From NCBI GenBank assembly GCA_050250895.1, contig JBFWNU010000008.1:305397-369396 (forward strand): a stretch of 64,000 nucleotides of DNA. Direction: 5' to 3'. The stretch's first letter is position 1. Each line of letters opens with the position of its first letter. Position numbers and translations under genes: made by a program. This document shows, piece after piece, positions 38,080-47,822 of the stretch. Source of the stretch: Vulcanimicrobiota bacterium. Its GTDB lineage: Bacteria; Vulcanimicrobiota; Xenobia; Xenobiales; JADMJV01. Below the pieces are notes generated by a model, which saw only the letters and a list, made by a program, of their open reading frames with translations, ran no database searches and was not told where the DNA came from.

Positions 38080-39407
38080 TAAGAGTCATTCCCGTTAGGC
38101 TCATCGTTCCCCTGCGCCGGGGCTCCCTCCAGGCGACGCTCGTAGGCTTTGAGGAAGGGAAACCAGATGGCCCCGCTGATGCACAGGTTGACTATGAGTA
38201 GAAGGAATGCCTTGAAATCCTGGCACGACAGGGGCGCTCCCAGAAAGCACGGCATGACCCAGGGGACTTCGATGAAAGGCTTGCCCACAACCCCCGAGGC
38301 CACCGCCACGAAGGCGACCACGCCGCACACCATGGGGGCCAGGATGAAGGGGATTGCCAGGATCGGGTTAGCTACCACGGGTAGACCGAAGAGCAGCGGT
38401 TCGTTGACGTTGAACAAGGCCGGCACGATCGAGATCTTTCCGATCCGGCGCATATGGTCGTTCTTGGACAAAAAGAGCAGGATGGTGGGGGCCAGGGTGG
38501 CGCCGGCTCCGCCGATCCAGATGAACCACTGATAGAACGGATAGGCGGTGACGTGCTCGAGCGGCAGTCCGTTGGCCTGGGCTTCGGCGTTGGCGGCCAC
38601 GAACTGCTGCCAGATGGGCAGCATGGCGGCGTTGATCACCGAGATGCCGTGGACGCCAGCCACCCCGAAGATGTGCAACAGCAGGTTGACTACCAACACC
38701 GCTCCCAGGGTGTCGCCCATCTGCTTGAGCCACGAGGTCTGGTCGATGATCCACTGGTTGATATCAAACCCCAGCGAATGGCGGATATACCAGACGATGG
38801 AGATCACCAGCAGCAAAGGCAAGAAGGCCGCGAAGGCCTGGGTGACGGCGGGAGGGACGGCTCCTTCCCTGGCCTTTTCGGCGTCGGGTGAAGCCGAAGG
38901 GTCGGGGCGTAAAATCAAGCGCGACAGTTCGACCGTGAAGATACCCAGGAAGATGGCCAGGAACAGGCCTTCGGCTCCCAGCGGCTTCATGGCCAGCACC
39001 CACGCCTTGGCACCCTCGAGTTCGGTCTGAACCGGAGTGCCTGTCACCAGCAGGGCAGCCATCGCCCCCAACCCTTGCGGGTTGGTGGGCAGGCCATACT
39101 GCTTGGCCAGGCTGGAGGCGATGGTGAAGGCCACGTAGAGGCTCAGCATGCCCATGGTGAAGCGGTAGGGCATCAACAGCAGGGGCACGTGGGCTTTGTA
39201 GGAGAGGGCTAGCCCCGAAGCGGCAAAACCCGGCAGCAGCTTGTCGATCTCGTCGATCATCTGGGTCTGGGCGCCCAGCAGAAGGAAGGTGCTGCCGATG
39301 AGGATGATCGGCACCGAGCCGATCATGCCGTCGCGCAAGGCGACGATGTGGTGCTGCTTGGAAGCCCGGTCCAGCAGAGCGATGATTTTGGCCCAGACTT
39401 CTTGCAT
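38079..39407 (-). CDS. PTS sugar transporter EIIC, cellobiose/lactose (CelB/ChbC) family
   Basis: ALRDGM, GVHG, IGGAGATL, FNVNEPLLFGLPVVANP and IWFPFLKAYE. Confidence 0.92.
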   Translation of the reverse strand: MQEVWAKIIALLDRASKQHHIVALRDGMIGSVPIILIGSTFLLLGAQTQMIDEIDKLLPGFAASGLALSYKAHVPLLLMPYRFTMGMLSLYVAFTIASSLAKQYGLPTNPQGLGAMAALLVTGTPVQTELEGAKAWVLAMKPLGAEGLFLAIFLGIFTVELSRLILRPDPSASPDAEKAREGAVPPAVTQAFAAFLPLLLVISIVWYIRHSLGFDINQWIIDQTSWLKQMGDTLGAVLVVNLLLHIFGVAGVHGISVINAAMLPIWQQFVAANAEAQANGLPLEHVTAYPFYQWFIWIGGAGATLAPTILLFLSKNDHMRRIGKISIVPALFNVNEPLLFGLPVVANPILAIPFILAPMVCGVVAFVAVASGVVGKPFIEVPWVMPCFLGAPLSCQDFKAFLLLIVNLCISGAIWFPFLKAYERRLEGAPAQGNDEPNGNDS

Positions 39408-39480
39408 GCGCGGCGATTCCTCATGACGATTGAAACTCCTGGTGGGAGGGAATTATTTTCAAGTCCAGAAGTGGGAGGCT

Positions 39481-40188
39481 ATGGAAGAGATACTTGAAGG
39501 CATCGTCATGCTGGGTCCCTTCGGGCCCTACCACAACGCCTGCTGGATTTTGCATCGGGGGGCCGAGGCCGCCGTCATCGAGATGCCCCCCTACCGCAAG
39601 GGAGAACAAGCGCCCTGGTTGGCCGTCGAAAAATTTCTCAAGACCAGGCGTCTACGCTTGCGCTACGCCTTTCTGAGCCACGCTCACATCGATCATTGCC
39701 AGACGCTGTTGCAGTTTCGTCAGCACTTTCCCCGCACTCGCTTCGTGGCCCATCAGTCGGTCCTCGAGGCGCCCCTGATGGCGCGCCTGGCAGAGGCCGC
39801 TCGCGACCGGCTGCCGCGCGGCCTGTTTGGTCGGCCCAAGCTCTTTCACGAGACCTTTCGCTCGAGTCTGTGGTCCTCCACCCTGGGGGGCGAGCCCGTC
39901 CATCTCTTGCACGCCCCCAAGCACTCTGATTCCGACCACCTGATTCTCTTTCGTGGGGCCATGATGACCGGCGACTGGTTTTTGGGCGACCTCAAAGACT
40001 GTAACGCCCTGGTGCCTCCAACTCGCAAGAAACGCTCGATTTCGCGGGTGGCCAAGATTGTCGAGCGGCTGGGCTATCATGTCCACACCATGTATTCCGC
40101 TCACGGCGATTGCGTCTATCGCCAGGTGGATTTTCACGAGATGATGCGGCGCAGCAAGATCGACCACGACGAGGTGCGCTCCGCCTGA
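39481..40188 (+). CDS. MBL-fold metallo-hydrolase
   Basis: SHAHIDH, KHS, TGD and AHG motifs; SD GGGAGG before ATG 39481. Confidence 0.88.
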   Translation: MEEILEGIVMLGPFGPYHNACWILHRGAEAAVIEMPPYRKGEQAPWLAVEKFLKTRRLRLRYAFLSHAHIDHCQTLLQFRQHFPRTRFVAHQSVLEAPLMARLAEAARDRLPRGLFGRPKLFHETFRSSLWSSTLGGEPVHLLHAPKHSDSDHLILFRGAMMTGDWFLGDLKDCNALVPPTRKKRSISRVAKIVERLGYHVHTMYSAHGDCVYRQVDFHEMMRRSKIDHDEVRSA

Positions 40189-40196
40189 ACTATCCG

Positions 40197-40904
40197 ATGT
40201 ACTTCGAGCGGGCCGACCTGTGGCCGGTGGTGACACCGCCCGAGGCCTATGCCGAAGAGATGGAACTGTGGCGGGCTGCCCTGGGTGAATCCTGCCGTAG
40301 TCTGCTCGATCTGGGCACCGGAGGGGGGCACCACCTCTGGCACCTGCTTCTGGACACCTCGATCGAGGCCACTGCCGTGGACCTTTCCGAGCCGATGCTC
40401 GAACTCTCCAAGCGTCTCAATTCTCGGGTCGAGCATCTAGTAGCCAACATGCTCGAGCTGCGCCTGGAACGAAAGTTCGACGCCGTCACCATCCACGACT
40501 CTTTGACCTATCTGACCAGCCAGGCCGAAGTCGAGGCGGTCTTTGCCACCGCTCGCCATCACCTCGAGCCAGGCGGGGTGCTGCTCTTTGCCCCCGACTA
40601 CCTCCGCGATCATTTCGACGGACCCTACAGTGCTCTGACCACCAACCAGAACGACGAGATCACGGTCACGCTGACCCACTACCAGCACGATCCCGACCCT
40701 GAGGATAACCTCTTTGAAGCCATCTACGTTTACTTCGTGCAGCGCGGTGGCCGGCTCGAGACATTTCAAGAGCGCCAGACGCTCGGCTTGTTCGACCTGG
40801 CTCAATGGACCGACTGGGTCAGCCGGGCAGGCTTTGAGGTCGAGTTGCTGCGCTACGACCTGTGGGAGCAGCAGACGTTTCTTTTCCGGGCGACGGCGGC
40901 ATAA
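40197..40904 (+). CDS. Class I SAM-dependent methyltransferase
   Basis: LLDLGTGGG, VDLSEPML, KFDAV and HLEPGGVL. Confidence 0.92.
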   Translation: MYFERADLWPVVTPPEAYAEEMELWRAALGESCRSLLDLGTGGGHHLWHLLLDTSIEATAVDLSEPMLELSKRLNSRVEHLVANMLELRLERKFDAVTIHDSLTYLTSQAEVEAVFATARHHLEPGGVLLFAPDYLRDHFDGPYSALTTNQNDEITVTLTHYQHDPDPEDNLFEAIYVYFVQRGGRLETFQERQTLGLFDLAQWTDWVSRAGFEVELLRYDLWEQQTFLFRATAA

Positions 40905-40912
40905 GTTTGAAA

Positions 40913-42460
40913 GTGACTAGTGAGGCCGTTCCCCAGGCGCCGCCGCGGCGCAATTTCTTGCCTGCAATCCTGTTGGTGCTGGTGTTGGCAGGTCTGGTCG
41001 GTTATTGGAAGTGGTCTCATCCCTCAGAGGAGAAGGTCGTTTTCGAGACCGAGAAGGTCCGCCGGGGGGATGTCACGGCCGTGGTTTCGGCCACCGGAAC
41101 CCTCGAGTCTGATACCACCGTGACCGTCGGCAGCCAGGTCTCGGGCCCCGTGCAGGCTGTGCTGGTCGATTTCAACACTCGAGTCCACCGGGGCGACGTG
41201 CTGGCCCGCATCGAGCCTTCCGAGTTCGAGGCCCGGCTGGGCCAGGCCCGCGCGGGTCTGGATTCGGCTCAGGCCGGGCTACAGAACGCGCGGGGCAGCC
41301 TGGCCAATGCCGATGCCGCCATCGCCGAGGCCAGAGCGCAGATCGCCCGGAGCGAGGCCAACATCACCGAGGCCAAGTCGAATGTGGATAGTGCCGAAGC
41401 GGCGGTACGTAACGCCGGGGCTGGAGTGACCCGGGCTCGGGCCGAGATGGAGAACGCCCTGCTCGGCTTTCAGCGCTTCGAAAAACTTCATCAGCGCGAG
41501 TTGGTGGCCGCTAGCGAACTCGACCAGGCGCGCACTAGCTATCGGGTCCAGTCGGCTGCCTACGAGACCGCGCTGGCCGCCAAAGACCAGGCGGTCGCCA
41601 ACCACCGCCAGGCGCTAGCCAGGCTCCAGGCGTCACGCAGCGAACTGGTGGCCGCGGGTACTCGCCTCGAGGCCGCCGAGGCCCAGCGCCAATCGGCCAC
41701 GGCTCAGGTGGCTTCGGCTCAAGCCCAGGTCAGCCAGGCCGAGGCCAGCAATCAGCAGGCGGCCGTCGATCTGGAGCGGACCACCATTCGCTCTCCCATC
41801 GACGGGGTGGTCATCGAGCGCAAGGTGGACGTGGGCCAGACCGTGGCGGCCGCTTTTCAAGCACCAGAACTTTTTGTCATTGCTGGCGATCTCACCAACA
41901 TGCAGGTGCGGGCCGATGTCAGCGAGGCCGACATCGGTCGGGTCGATGAAGGACAGAAAGTCAACTTTAGCGTGGATGCCTATCCAGACCGCGAGTTCCA
42001 CGGTCAGGTGCTGCAGGTGCGCACCGCGCCCGGCACCAAGGACGAGGGGTCGGCGGGCACCTCCAGCAATGTCGTCGTTTACGGGGTATTGGTAAGCGCT
42101 CCCAATCAAGACCTCTTGCTCAAGCCCGGGATGACGGCCACCGTGGCCGTCGAGGCCGAGAGCGTGAAGGACGCCTTACTGGTGCCCAATGGAGCCTTGC
42201 GCTTCATTCCGCCCAAGCCCCCCGAACGCGAGGAAGAGTCTGACAAGAAAGACCACAAGAAGAAGGTCAAAGGCCGGCGCGGAACGGTCTGGGTCCAGGG
42301 TCCCAAAGGGCCGGAGCGCCGCGACCTGGTGCTGGGCATCACCGACGAAGAGATGACCGTGGTCAAAGACGGCGAGGTCACGGTCGATACCGAAGTGCTG
42401 GTGGGGGTCAAGGACGACAAGAAGAAAAAGCCGGGCGGTGGCTTCCGCATGCGCTTCTGA
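40913..42460 (+). CDS. Efflux periplasmic adaptor subunit (MacA-like)
   Basis: VGSQVSG, long coiled coil, IRSPIDGVV, VSEADIG and LKPGMTA. Confidence 0.92.
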   Translation: MTSEAVPQAPPRRNFLPAILLVLVLAGLVGYWKWSHPSEEKVVFETEKVRRGDVTAVVSATGTLESDTTVTVGSQVSGPVQAVLVDFNTRVHRGDVLARIEPSEFEARLGQARAGLDSAQAGLQNARGSLANADAAIAEARAQIARSEANITEAKSNVDSAEAAVRNAGAGVTRARAEMENALLGFQRFEKLHQRELVAASELDQARTSYRVQSAAYETALAAKDQAVANHRQALARLQASRSELVAAGTRLEAAEAQRQSATAQVASAQAQVSQAEASNQQAAVDLERTTIRSPIDGVVIERKVDVGQTVAAAFQAPELFVIAGDLTNMQVRADVSEADIGRVDEGQKVNFSVDAYPDREFHGQVLQVRTAPGTKDEGSAGTSSNVVVYGVLVSAPNQDLLLKPGMTATVAVEAESVKDALLVPNGALRFIPPKPPEREEESDKKDHKKKVKGRRGTVWVQGPKGPERRDLVLGITDEEMTVVKDGEVTVDTEVLVGVKDDKKKKPGGGFRMRF

Positions 42461-43185
42461 TGGCTATCGTCGAGTTGCGCAGTGTCACCCGCGTTTATCG
42501 CTCCGCCGGCGGGGTCGAGGTGCATGCCCTCCGAGGCGTAGACCTGTCTATCGACGCCGGCGAGTTCGTGGCCATCATGGGACCCTCGGGCTCGGGCAAG
42601 TCGACCATGATGAACACGCTGGGTTGTCTGGATCGGCCGACATCTGGTTCTTATCGTCTCGACGGACAGGAAGTGGCTCAGATGTCGAGCGACGAGTGGG
42701 CCTGGATCCGCAATCGCAAGCTGGGCTTCATTTTTCAGGGCTTCAACCTGCTTAGCCGCACCACCGCGCTGGAGAACGTCGAGCTGCCGCTTCTGTATCG
42801 TGGCATCAAAGATGCGGCCGAGCGTCGCCAGCTTGCCATGCAAGCCCTCGAGTCGGTGGGTCTGGGTAAGCGCTCGCACCACGTGCCCTCGCAGATGTCC
42901 GGCGGCGAACAGCAGCGGGTGGCCATCGCCCGGGCCCTGGTGACGCGCCCGGTGGTGTTGCTGGCCGACGAGCCGACGGGAAACCTCGATACCAAGACCA
43001 CTGATGAGGTGCTGGCCCTGTTCAAGAATCTCAACCAGGAGGGGCAGACCATCATCCTGGTGACCCATGAGCCCGAGGTGGCCCTGCAATGCAAGCGGGT
43101 GGTGCTGTTTCGTGACGGGTTGATCGTGGGCGATGGCGAGCCCAGAGACGTGCTGGCTCACCTGGCTCCGGGCATTATCTCATGA
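42460..43185 (+). CDS. ABC transporter ATP-binding protein (MacB/LolD-like)
   Basis: GPSGSGKST, MSGGEQQRV and DEPTGNLD. Confidence 0.96.
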   Translation: MAIVELRSVTRVYRSAGGVEVHALRGVDLSIDAGEFVAIMGPSGSGKSTMMNTLGCLDRPTSGSYRLDGQEVAQMSSDEWAWIRNRKLGFIFQGFNLLSRTTALENVELPLLYRGIKDAAERRQLAMQALESVGLGKRSHHVPSQMSGGEQQRVAIARALVTRPVVLLADEPTGNLDTKTTDEVLALFKNLNQEGQTIILVTHEPEVALQCKRVVLFRDGLIVGDGEPRDVLAHLAPGIIS

Positions 43186-44396
43186 ACCCTTTCCTGACCC
43201 TGAGGGTGGCCTGGCTGGCTTTGCTGCGCAACAAGCTGCGGACGCTCTTGACCATGCTGGGAATCATCATCGGGGTGGCCGCCGTCATCGCCATGCTGAG
43301 CATCGGCAACGGCGCTCAGCTGGCCGTCGAGGCTCGCATCGCCAGCATGGGCACCAACACCATTCACGTCTTTCCCGGCTCGCGCAGCCGGGGCGGCCAG
43401 CACGGGGGGCGCGGCTCGGGCGAGCAGCTGACGATCGAGGACTGGCAGGCGGTCGACCGCTTGCCGCTGGTGGCCCAGTCCTGCCCGATGGTCAACGGTC
43501 GGGCCCAGATGGTCTATGGCTCTAATAACTGGTCGGCCTCGTTCTATGGCACCACTCCGAACTTCTCGGTGATTCGGGCCTGGCCGCTTGAAGGCGGACG
43601 CATGTTCACCGACCTCGAGGTGCGAGCCGCCTCGAACGTTTGCGTGCTGGGTAGCGAGACAGCCGGCGAGCTGTTCGGCAGCGCCGACCCTCTGGGCGAG
43701 ACGATCCGGGTGGGTCATCTGCCCTTCAAAGTCGTGGGCGTGATGAGCGAGAAGGGCGAGTCAGGCTGGGGAGCCTCGCGCGACGACATGGTGCTGATGC
43801 CGTATACTACCGCCATGCAGAAGCTCGCCGGCACCGACAAACTGACTTATCTCACCGCCGCCACCGACCGCAAGGACCAGGTCAAAGCGCTCGAAGAGCA
43901 GATCGTCAATCTGCTCAACGACCGTCATCGGGTGCGCGATCCCGACGAGGGCGGGTTTGGCGCCTTCAATCAGGCCGAGGTCTCTGAGGTGGCCGGCGAA
44001 AGCACCCGCGTCTTCGCGCTGTTGTTGGGCGGCATCGCGTCGGTGAGCTTGCTGGTCGGCGGCATCGGCATCATGAACATCATGCTGGTGTCGGTCACCG
44101 AACGGATCCGCGAGATCGGCATTCGCATGGCCGTGGGGGCTCGCGGCTCGGACATCTTGATGCAGTTTCTCATCGAAGCGGTGGTGCTGTCGTTGCTCGG
44201 CGGCGCCATCGGCATCGGGTTAGGGGTGGGCATTTCGGTGCTGGTGGCTAAATGGGCCGAATGGCCCGCCGTGGTCAGCCAGTCTTCGGTGATGCTCAGC
44301 TTCGGCTTCTCGGCCTTTATCGGCGTCTTCTTCGGCTTCTATCCGGCTCTTCAGGCCTCGCGCCTGGACCCCATCCAGGCCCTGCGCCACGAGTAG
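43182..44396 (+). CDS. MacB-like ABC permease (FtsX domain)
   Basis: LTMLGIIIGV, GGIGIMNIMLVSVTER.REIGIR and PA..A.RLDPI.ALR.E. Confidence 0.96.
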   Translation: MNPFLTLRVAWLALLRNKLRTLLTMLGIIIGVAAVIAMLSIGNGAQLAVEARIASMGTNTIHVFPGSRSRGGQHGGRGSGEQLTIEDWQAVDRLPLVAQSCPMVNGRAQMVYGSNNWSASFYGTTPNFSVIRAWPLEGGRMFTDLEVRAASNVCVLGSETAGELFGSADPLGETIRVGHLPFKVVGVMSEKGESGWGASRDDMVLMPYTTAMQKLAGTDKLTYLTAATDRKDQVKALEEQIVNLLNDRHRVRDPDEGGFGAFNQAEVSEVAGESTRVFALLLGGIASVSLLVGGIGIMNIMLVSVTERIREIGIRMAVGARGSDILMQFLIEAVVLSLLGGAIGIGLGVGISVLVAKWAEWPAVVSQSSVMLSFGFSAFIGVFFGFYPALQASRLDPIQALRHE

Positions 44397-44401
44397 CCGG
44401 C

Positions 44402-45550
44402 TCAGCCCTTCTTGCGCGTTTTCATATAGAAGCGGTTGGCCTGGGAGGCCACTATCCAGAGGTTGTCGTTGCTGGCGGCGATGTCAAAGCCCGAGCAGTC
44501 GAGATCGGCCACCAGTTCCATCACCAGTTCGGGAGCGCTCCAGCCTTTCTCGGTCTGGTGGATATAGTAGATCTTGTTGCCCCCTTCGACCCCGGTGTAG
44601 AGGGCCACATGCAGCCTCTTGTCGTCGTCGAGGTCGGAGCGACACTCCATCTGGCTCGAGCTGAGCGGAAAGTCGGCCAGCCCCAGATCTTCCCACTTGT
44701 GCTCGTAGCGTAGCGCCCGGGCCTGGCCGCCCTCGACGGCCATGGCGGCGGCCGGGCCCTTGGGCCAGCCGGCCACGGTGAAAAGGGCGCCGAAGTTGCC
44801 TTTGAGCAAGGTGTCGGTCTCGCCGGCGCCGCCGGTGAGGGGCCTGATGTTGGCGGTCTTGAGGCTGCCTCCGCCATTCCAGACCACCGCGAAGCCGGCC
44901 TCGCCGCACGAGGCCACTTCGACCTTGTCGCAGTCGGGCGAGTGCTGGCCCAGCGAGGCTGCTCGAGGGCGTCGGTTACTCTTGATGTCGATGTTGGCGG
45001 CCCGGATGGTGCGGTTTTCGGCAGCCCAGGCGGCGGCGAACTCGGGTCGATTGGTGCCTTCCCGGCCGTCGATGGCCACCCAGGTGCCCCCTTCGTTCTC
45101 GGCCACGAAGCTGTCGATGGTGTAGGGGCGCGAGAAGCTCCAGCCCTGGTCGCCCGAGATGGTCAGCATGATTTCATAGGCGCTGCCCCCCTGACGGGTG
45201 GCCCGCTGAAAGAGGATCCCCAGCAGGTCGCGGGCGTTGCCCACGCTGATCCGCCGCACCCGCGACAGGCTCGAACCGAAGAACGGCGCCCGCACCGTGC
45301 CCAGATGGTCATCTCCGTCCGAGATGCTGGTGTGGTAGAGCTCTGGCTTGCGCACCTTGGCCGAGGTTCCGGCCCAGAGCAGATGCACCCGGCTCTTGAT
45401 CGAGCAAAGCCTGGGCTGATAGATCAGGCCCTGCTCGGTGTCGGGGCGAGGGATGTCCTTCCAGGCCGTCGGTTCGCTGCCAAACCCCGGGCCGGCCAGG
45501 ATGGCCGCCAAGAGTAGGGCGGCTATGAGATAGAATCGCCAGATGCGCAT
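44402..45550 (-). CDS. Exported beta-propeller/BNR (Asp-box)-like protein
   Basis: Signal peptide from ATG 45550; SGDQGWSFS Asp-box-like motif; beta-rich. Confidence 0.6.
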   Translation of the reverse strand: MRIWRFYLIAALLLAAILAGPGFGSEPTAWKDIPRPDTEQGLIYQPRLCSIKSRVHLLWAGTSAKVRKPELYHTSISDGDDHLGTVRAPFFGSSLSRVRRISVGNARDLLGILFQRATRQGGSAYEIMLTISGDQGWSFSRPYTIDSFVAENEGGTWVAIDGREGTNRPEFAAAWAAENRTIRAANIDIKSNRRPRAASLGQHSPDCDKVEVASCGEAGFAVVWNGGGSLKTANIRPLTGGAGETDTLLKGNFGALFTVAGWPKGPAAAMAVEGGQARALRYEHKWEDLGLADFPLSSSQMECRSDLDDDKRLHVALYTGVEGGNKIYYIHQTEKGWSAPELVMELVADLDCSGFDIAASNDNLWIVASQANRFYMKTRKKG

Positions 45551-45554
45551 CGTT

Positions 45555-45893
45555 TTACTCCTCGTCAAATCGTATGAACCCCGATACCGGCACGGCGAAA
45601 GCGATACCGTGCGTCCCATCGCGGGTGCCCGGTAGCAGATGCCGTTTCATGGCCTCCAGGGTGCGGTTCACCAGCAGTTCGTCTTCGATGACCGCGAAAA
45701 TCGTGTAGTTGAAGGGTCGGTCCCCGGCCAGGAGATGACGAAAGCCGGCAAAGACGGGAGTCTGATGAGACAGAATCCGACCCATTCCCTGACTCTCGAT
45801 GACGGTGGCGTCGGTGATACCGAACTCGGCCATGGCCGCCATCAGTTCGTTGAGTTTCTCCGTTTCGTTGAGGACACAGACAAGTAGTTTCAA
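45555..45893 (-). CDS. P-II-like (GlnB-superfamily) protein
   Basis: 112 aa; GI..AT.IES.GMG and GIAFAVPV. Confidence 0.78.
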   Translation of the reverse strand: MKLLVCVLNETEKLNELMAAMAEFGITDATVIESQGMGRILSHQTPVFAGFRHLLAGDRPFNYTIFAVIEDELLVNRTLEAMKRHLLPGTRDGTHGIAFAVPVSGFIRFDEE

Positions 45894-45935
45894 GCTGATG
45901 GGGCCGTTCGTCGCACTCGGATACGGTCCTGTCTA

Positions 45936-47369
45936 TCATTCCTGGGGAGGCCTGCGACCGAGCTCGAGCGACCCGATGGCCAGCGCCTGCCCGGCGGTCG
46001 CGATGGTGGCGCTCACCTGCTCGGCGTGTTGGGGAGCGACCCGCAGGGCGCCCGTGACCACCACGCACGAGCGGGGTGGGATCGGATGTAGCAAGCGGCT
46101 GGTCTGGTCGCCCAGGGAAAGGGTGACGCGATGACCGGCTACTTTCTGGTCGGTGTAGTTGCGAATCTTGATGGTCAGCAGTTGGATGTTCTCGACCTCG
46201 GTCGAGGTCAGCCAGGCCTCGACCAACCGGACCGGTCGCTGGCTGAAGTCCTTGCCTTCGGCCTGGCGACCTTGCTGGTAGGCTTGTTTGGCCAGCTCGG
46301 GATAGTGCTGAGCATAGGCTTGCTGGCGAAAGCGCTCGTAGACGGGGGTGAAGACCGGTTCGTAGATGGCCGCGAACGCCTCGCGTTCGAGCTGGTCGAA
46401 GTGGCTCTTTTGCAGGCGTGGGTAGGCTTCTCGATAGCTACCGTCAAAGGCGGTCTGATAGCTCTGGGCATAGGCTCGTTGGTGGGCCTGGGCAAGCGCC
46501 TCTTGATAGGCCGTTTGCTCGGCTTCTTGACGGCCCTGGGCCAGGCCCTGGCTCGTGATCGCTTCGAGCCCGCCTCGGGGTGCCTGCCAGCTGCCTCGCT
46601 GGTGGGCTCGGTCGAAGGCGCTACGATAGGCCCAGTCATACTGGCTTCGGTAACGGCTCTCGAAGCCGCGGCGATACCCCTCGCGAAATCCCCGTTGAAA
46701 CTCTTCATTATCGGAAGGGTATTGGCAGTAGCGCCAGTCGGGCGAAGGGCAGGAGCGGCCTCCGAAAAAGAAGGGGATAGGGGCAGCCGTCACTCGTCCC
46801 TGGCGCAGTTCCAGTTCTTGCTTGACGGGGCGACTCATCACCTCTTCGCGAAAGGCCCGTTGACCCCGCTCGAAGTCGACTTGCCGGGCTTCTTGGCGGG
46901 CGTCTTCCAAACCGGCTTCGAGGCCGCGCTGACGACCGTCGGCTTCAGGGTCAGAGTTTAGGGCCCGACGTCGACCCGCCTGGGCGGCCGTTTCGGCCAC
47001 GGCCTCTCGGGCTGCCTGGTCGGCTGCGGTCTGACCGGCCGCCTGGCCCTCGCGCAACCCCTGCTCGCGCCCCTGACCCTCGCCTTCCACCAGGCCTCGC
47101 TGGCTGCCCTGGCGACGACCCTCTTCACGACCCTGCAGCAGGCCCTGGTTGAAAGCTTCTTGTTCGAGGGCCTGTCGTCCGTCGAGCAGGCCTTGCTCGA
47201 GGCCATCACATTCGCCATCCTGCTCGCCGTCGCAACGCCCGCGTTCGCTGCCTTCCCGCCCGCCCGCGGTCTTACCCTGGCCGTAGCCGCTCTGGTACGG
47301 CGAGGGAGGGCCAGCCCAGACGGGCAGGACCAGGCTCAGGCAGAGGAGCACCCAGAAGAGTCGCATCAA
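45936..47369 (-). CDS. Exported protein with GxxxG (FliH-like) and aromatic-periodic helical repeats
   Basis: Signal peptide; long runs such as GLLQGREEGRRQG and AYQE..AYAQ..AYRE; small C-terminal beta domain. Confidence 0.72.
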   Translation of the reverse strand: MMRLFWVLLCLSLVLPVWAGPPSPYQSGYGQGKTAGGREGSERGRCDGEQDGECDGLEQGLLDGRQALEQEAFNQGLLQGREEGRRQGSQRGLVEGEGQGREQGLREGQAAGQTAADQAAREAVAETAAQAGRRRALNSDPEADGRQRGLEAGLEDARQEARQVDFERGQRAFREEVMSRPVKQELELRQGRVTAAPIPFFFGGRSCPSPDWRYCQYPSDNEEFQRGFREGYRRGFESRYRSQYDWAYRSAFDRAHQRGSWQAPRGGLEAITSQGLAQGRQEAEQTAYQEALAQAHQRAYAQSYQTAFDGSYREAYPRLQKSHFDQLEREAFAAIYEPVFTPVYERFRQQAYAQHYPELAKQAYQQGRQAEGKDFSQRPVRLVEAWLTSTEVENIQLLTIKIRNYTDQKVAGHRVTLSLGDQTSRLLHPIPPRSCVVVTGALRVAPQHAEQVSATIATAGQALAIGSLELGRRPPQE

Positions 47370-47749
47370 TCCTTCTCGAGGGGCTTGATATAGCGGATGT
47401 GGGCCCTCACGTAGCCATCGAGCGCCTGGCCCTGTTCATCGCGCACGCGCATCCAGGGGCGGCCGTTGCGGTCGAGAGCATTGATAAGGACTTCGTCGGA
47501 ACCGCCTCGGCCCACATCCGCCTGAAGGATGGTTCCTTTCTTGAAGCGCGTCACCAGCTTGGCCTCGGGATCGGCCTCGCGCCGGCACGGCACCCAGTCG
47601 GCCACCACCACCCACAAAGCGCCGGGAGTGTCGGGTCTGTGAGCCTGGCCGAACACCGGACCTTCGTTGCTGCGAAAGTCGCCGCGCTGATCGGGGTCAC
47701 ACCAGGCCACCGAGATGGTCAGAAGGACAAACAGCAAAAGCTTCTTCAT
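47366..47749 (-). CDS. Exported SH3-like domain protein
   Basis: Signal peptide; CR..AD.......F.KG, PWMRV and GYVRA..RYI.P. Confidence 0.65.
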   Translation of the reverse strand: MKKLLLFVLLTISVAWCDPDQRGDFRSNEGPVFGQAHRPDTPGALWVVVADWVPCRREADPEAKLVTRFKKGTILQADVGRGGSDEVLINALDRNGRPWMRVRDEQGQALDGYVRAHIRYIKPLEKD

Positions 47750-47822
47750 AGAGGGTGAAATTCGTGTGGACCGGGTAGGTTCCCCTGGCGGAGATTATAG
47801 GCCGGTCGGAAAAGTTGGCCAG

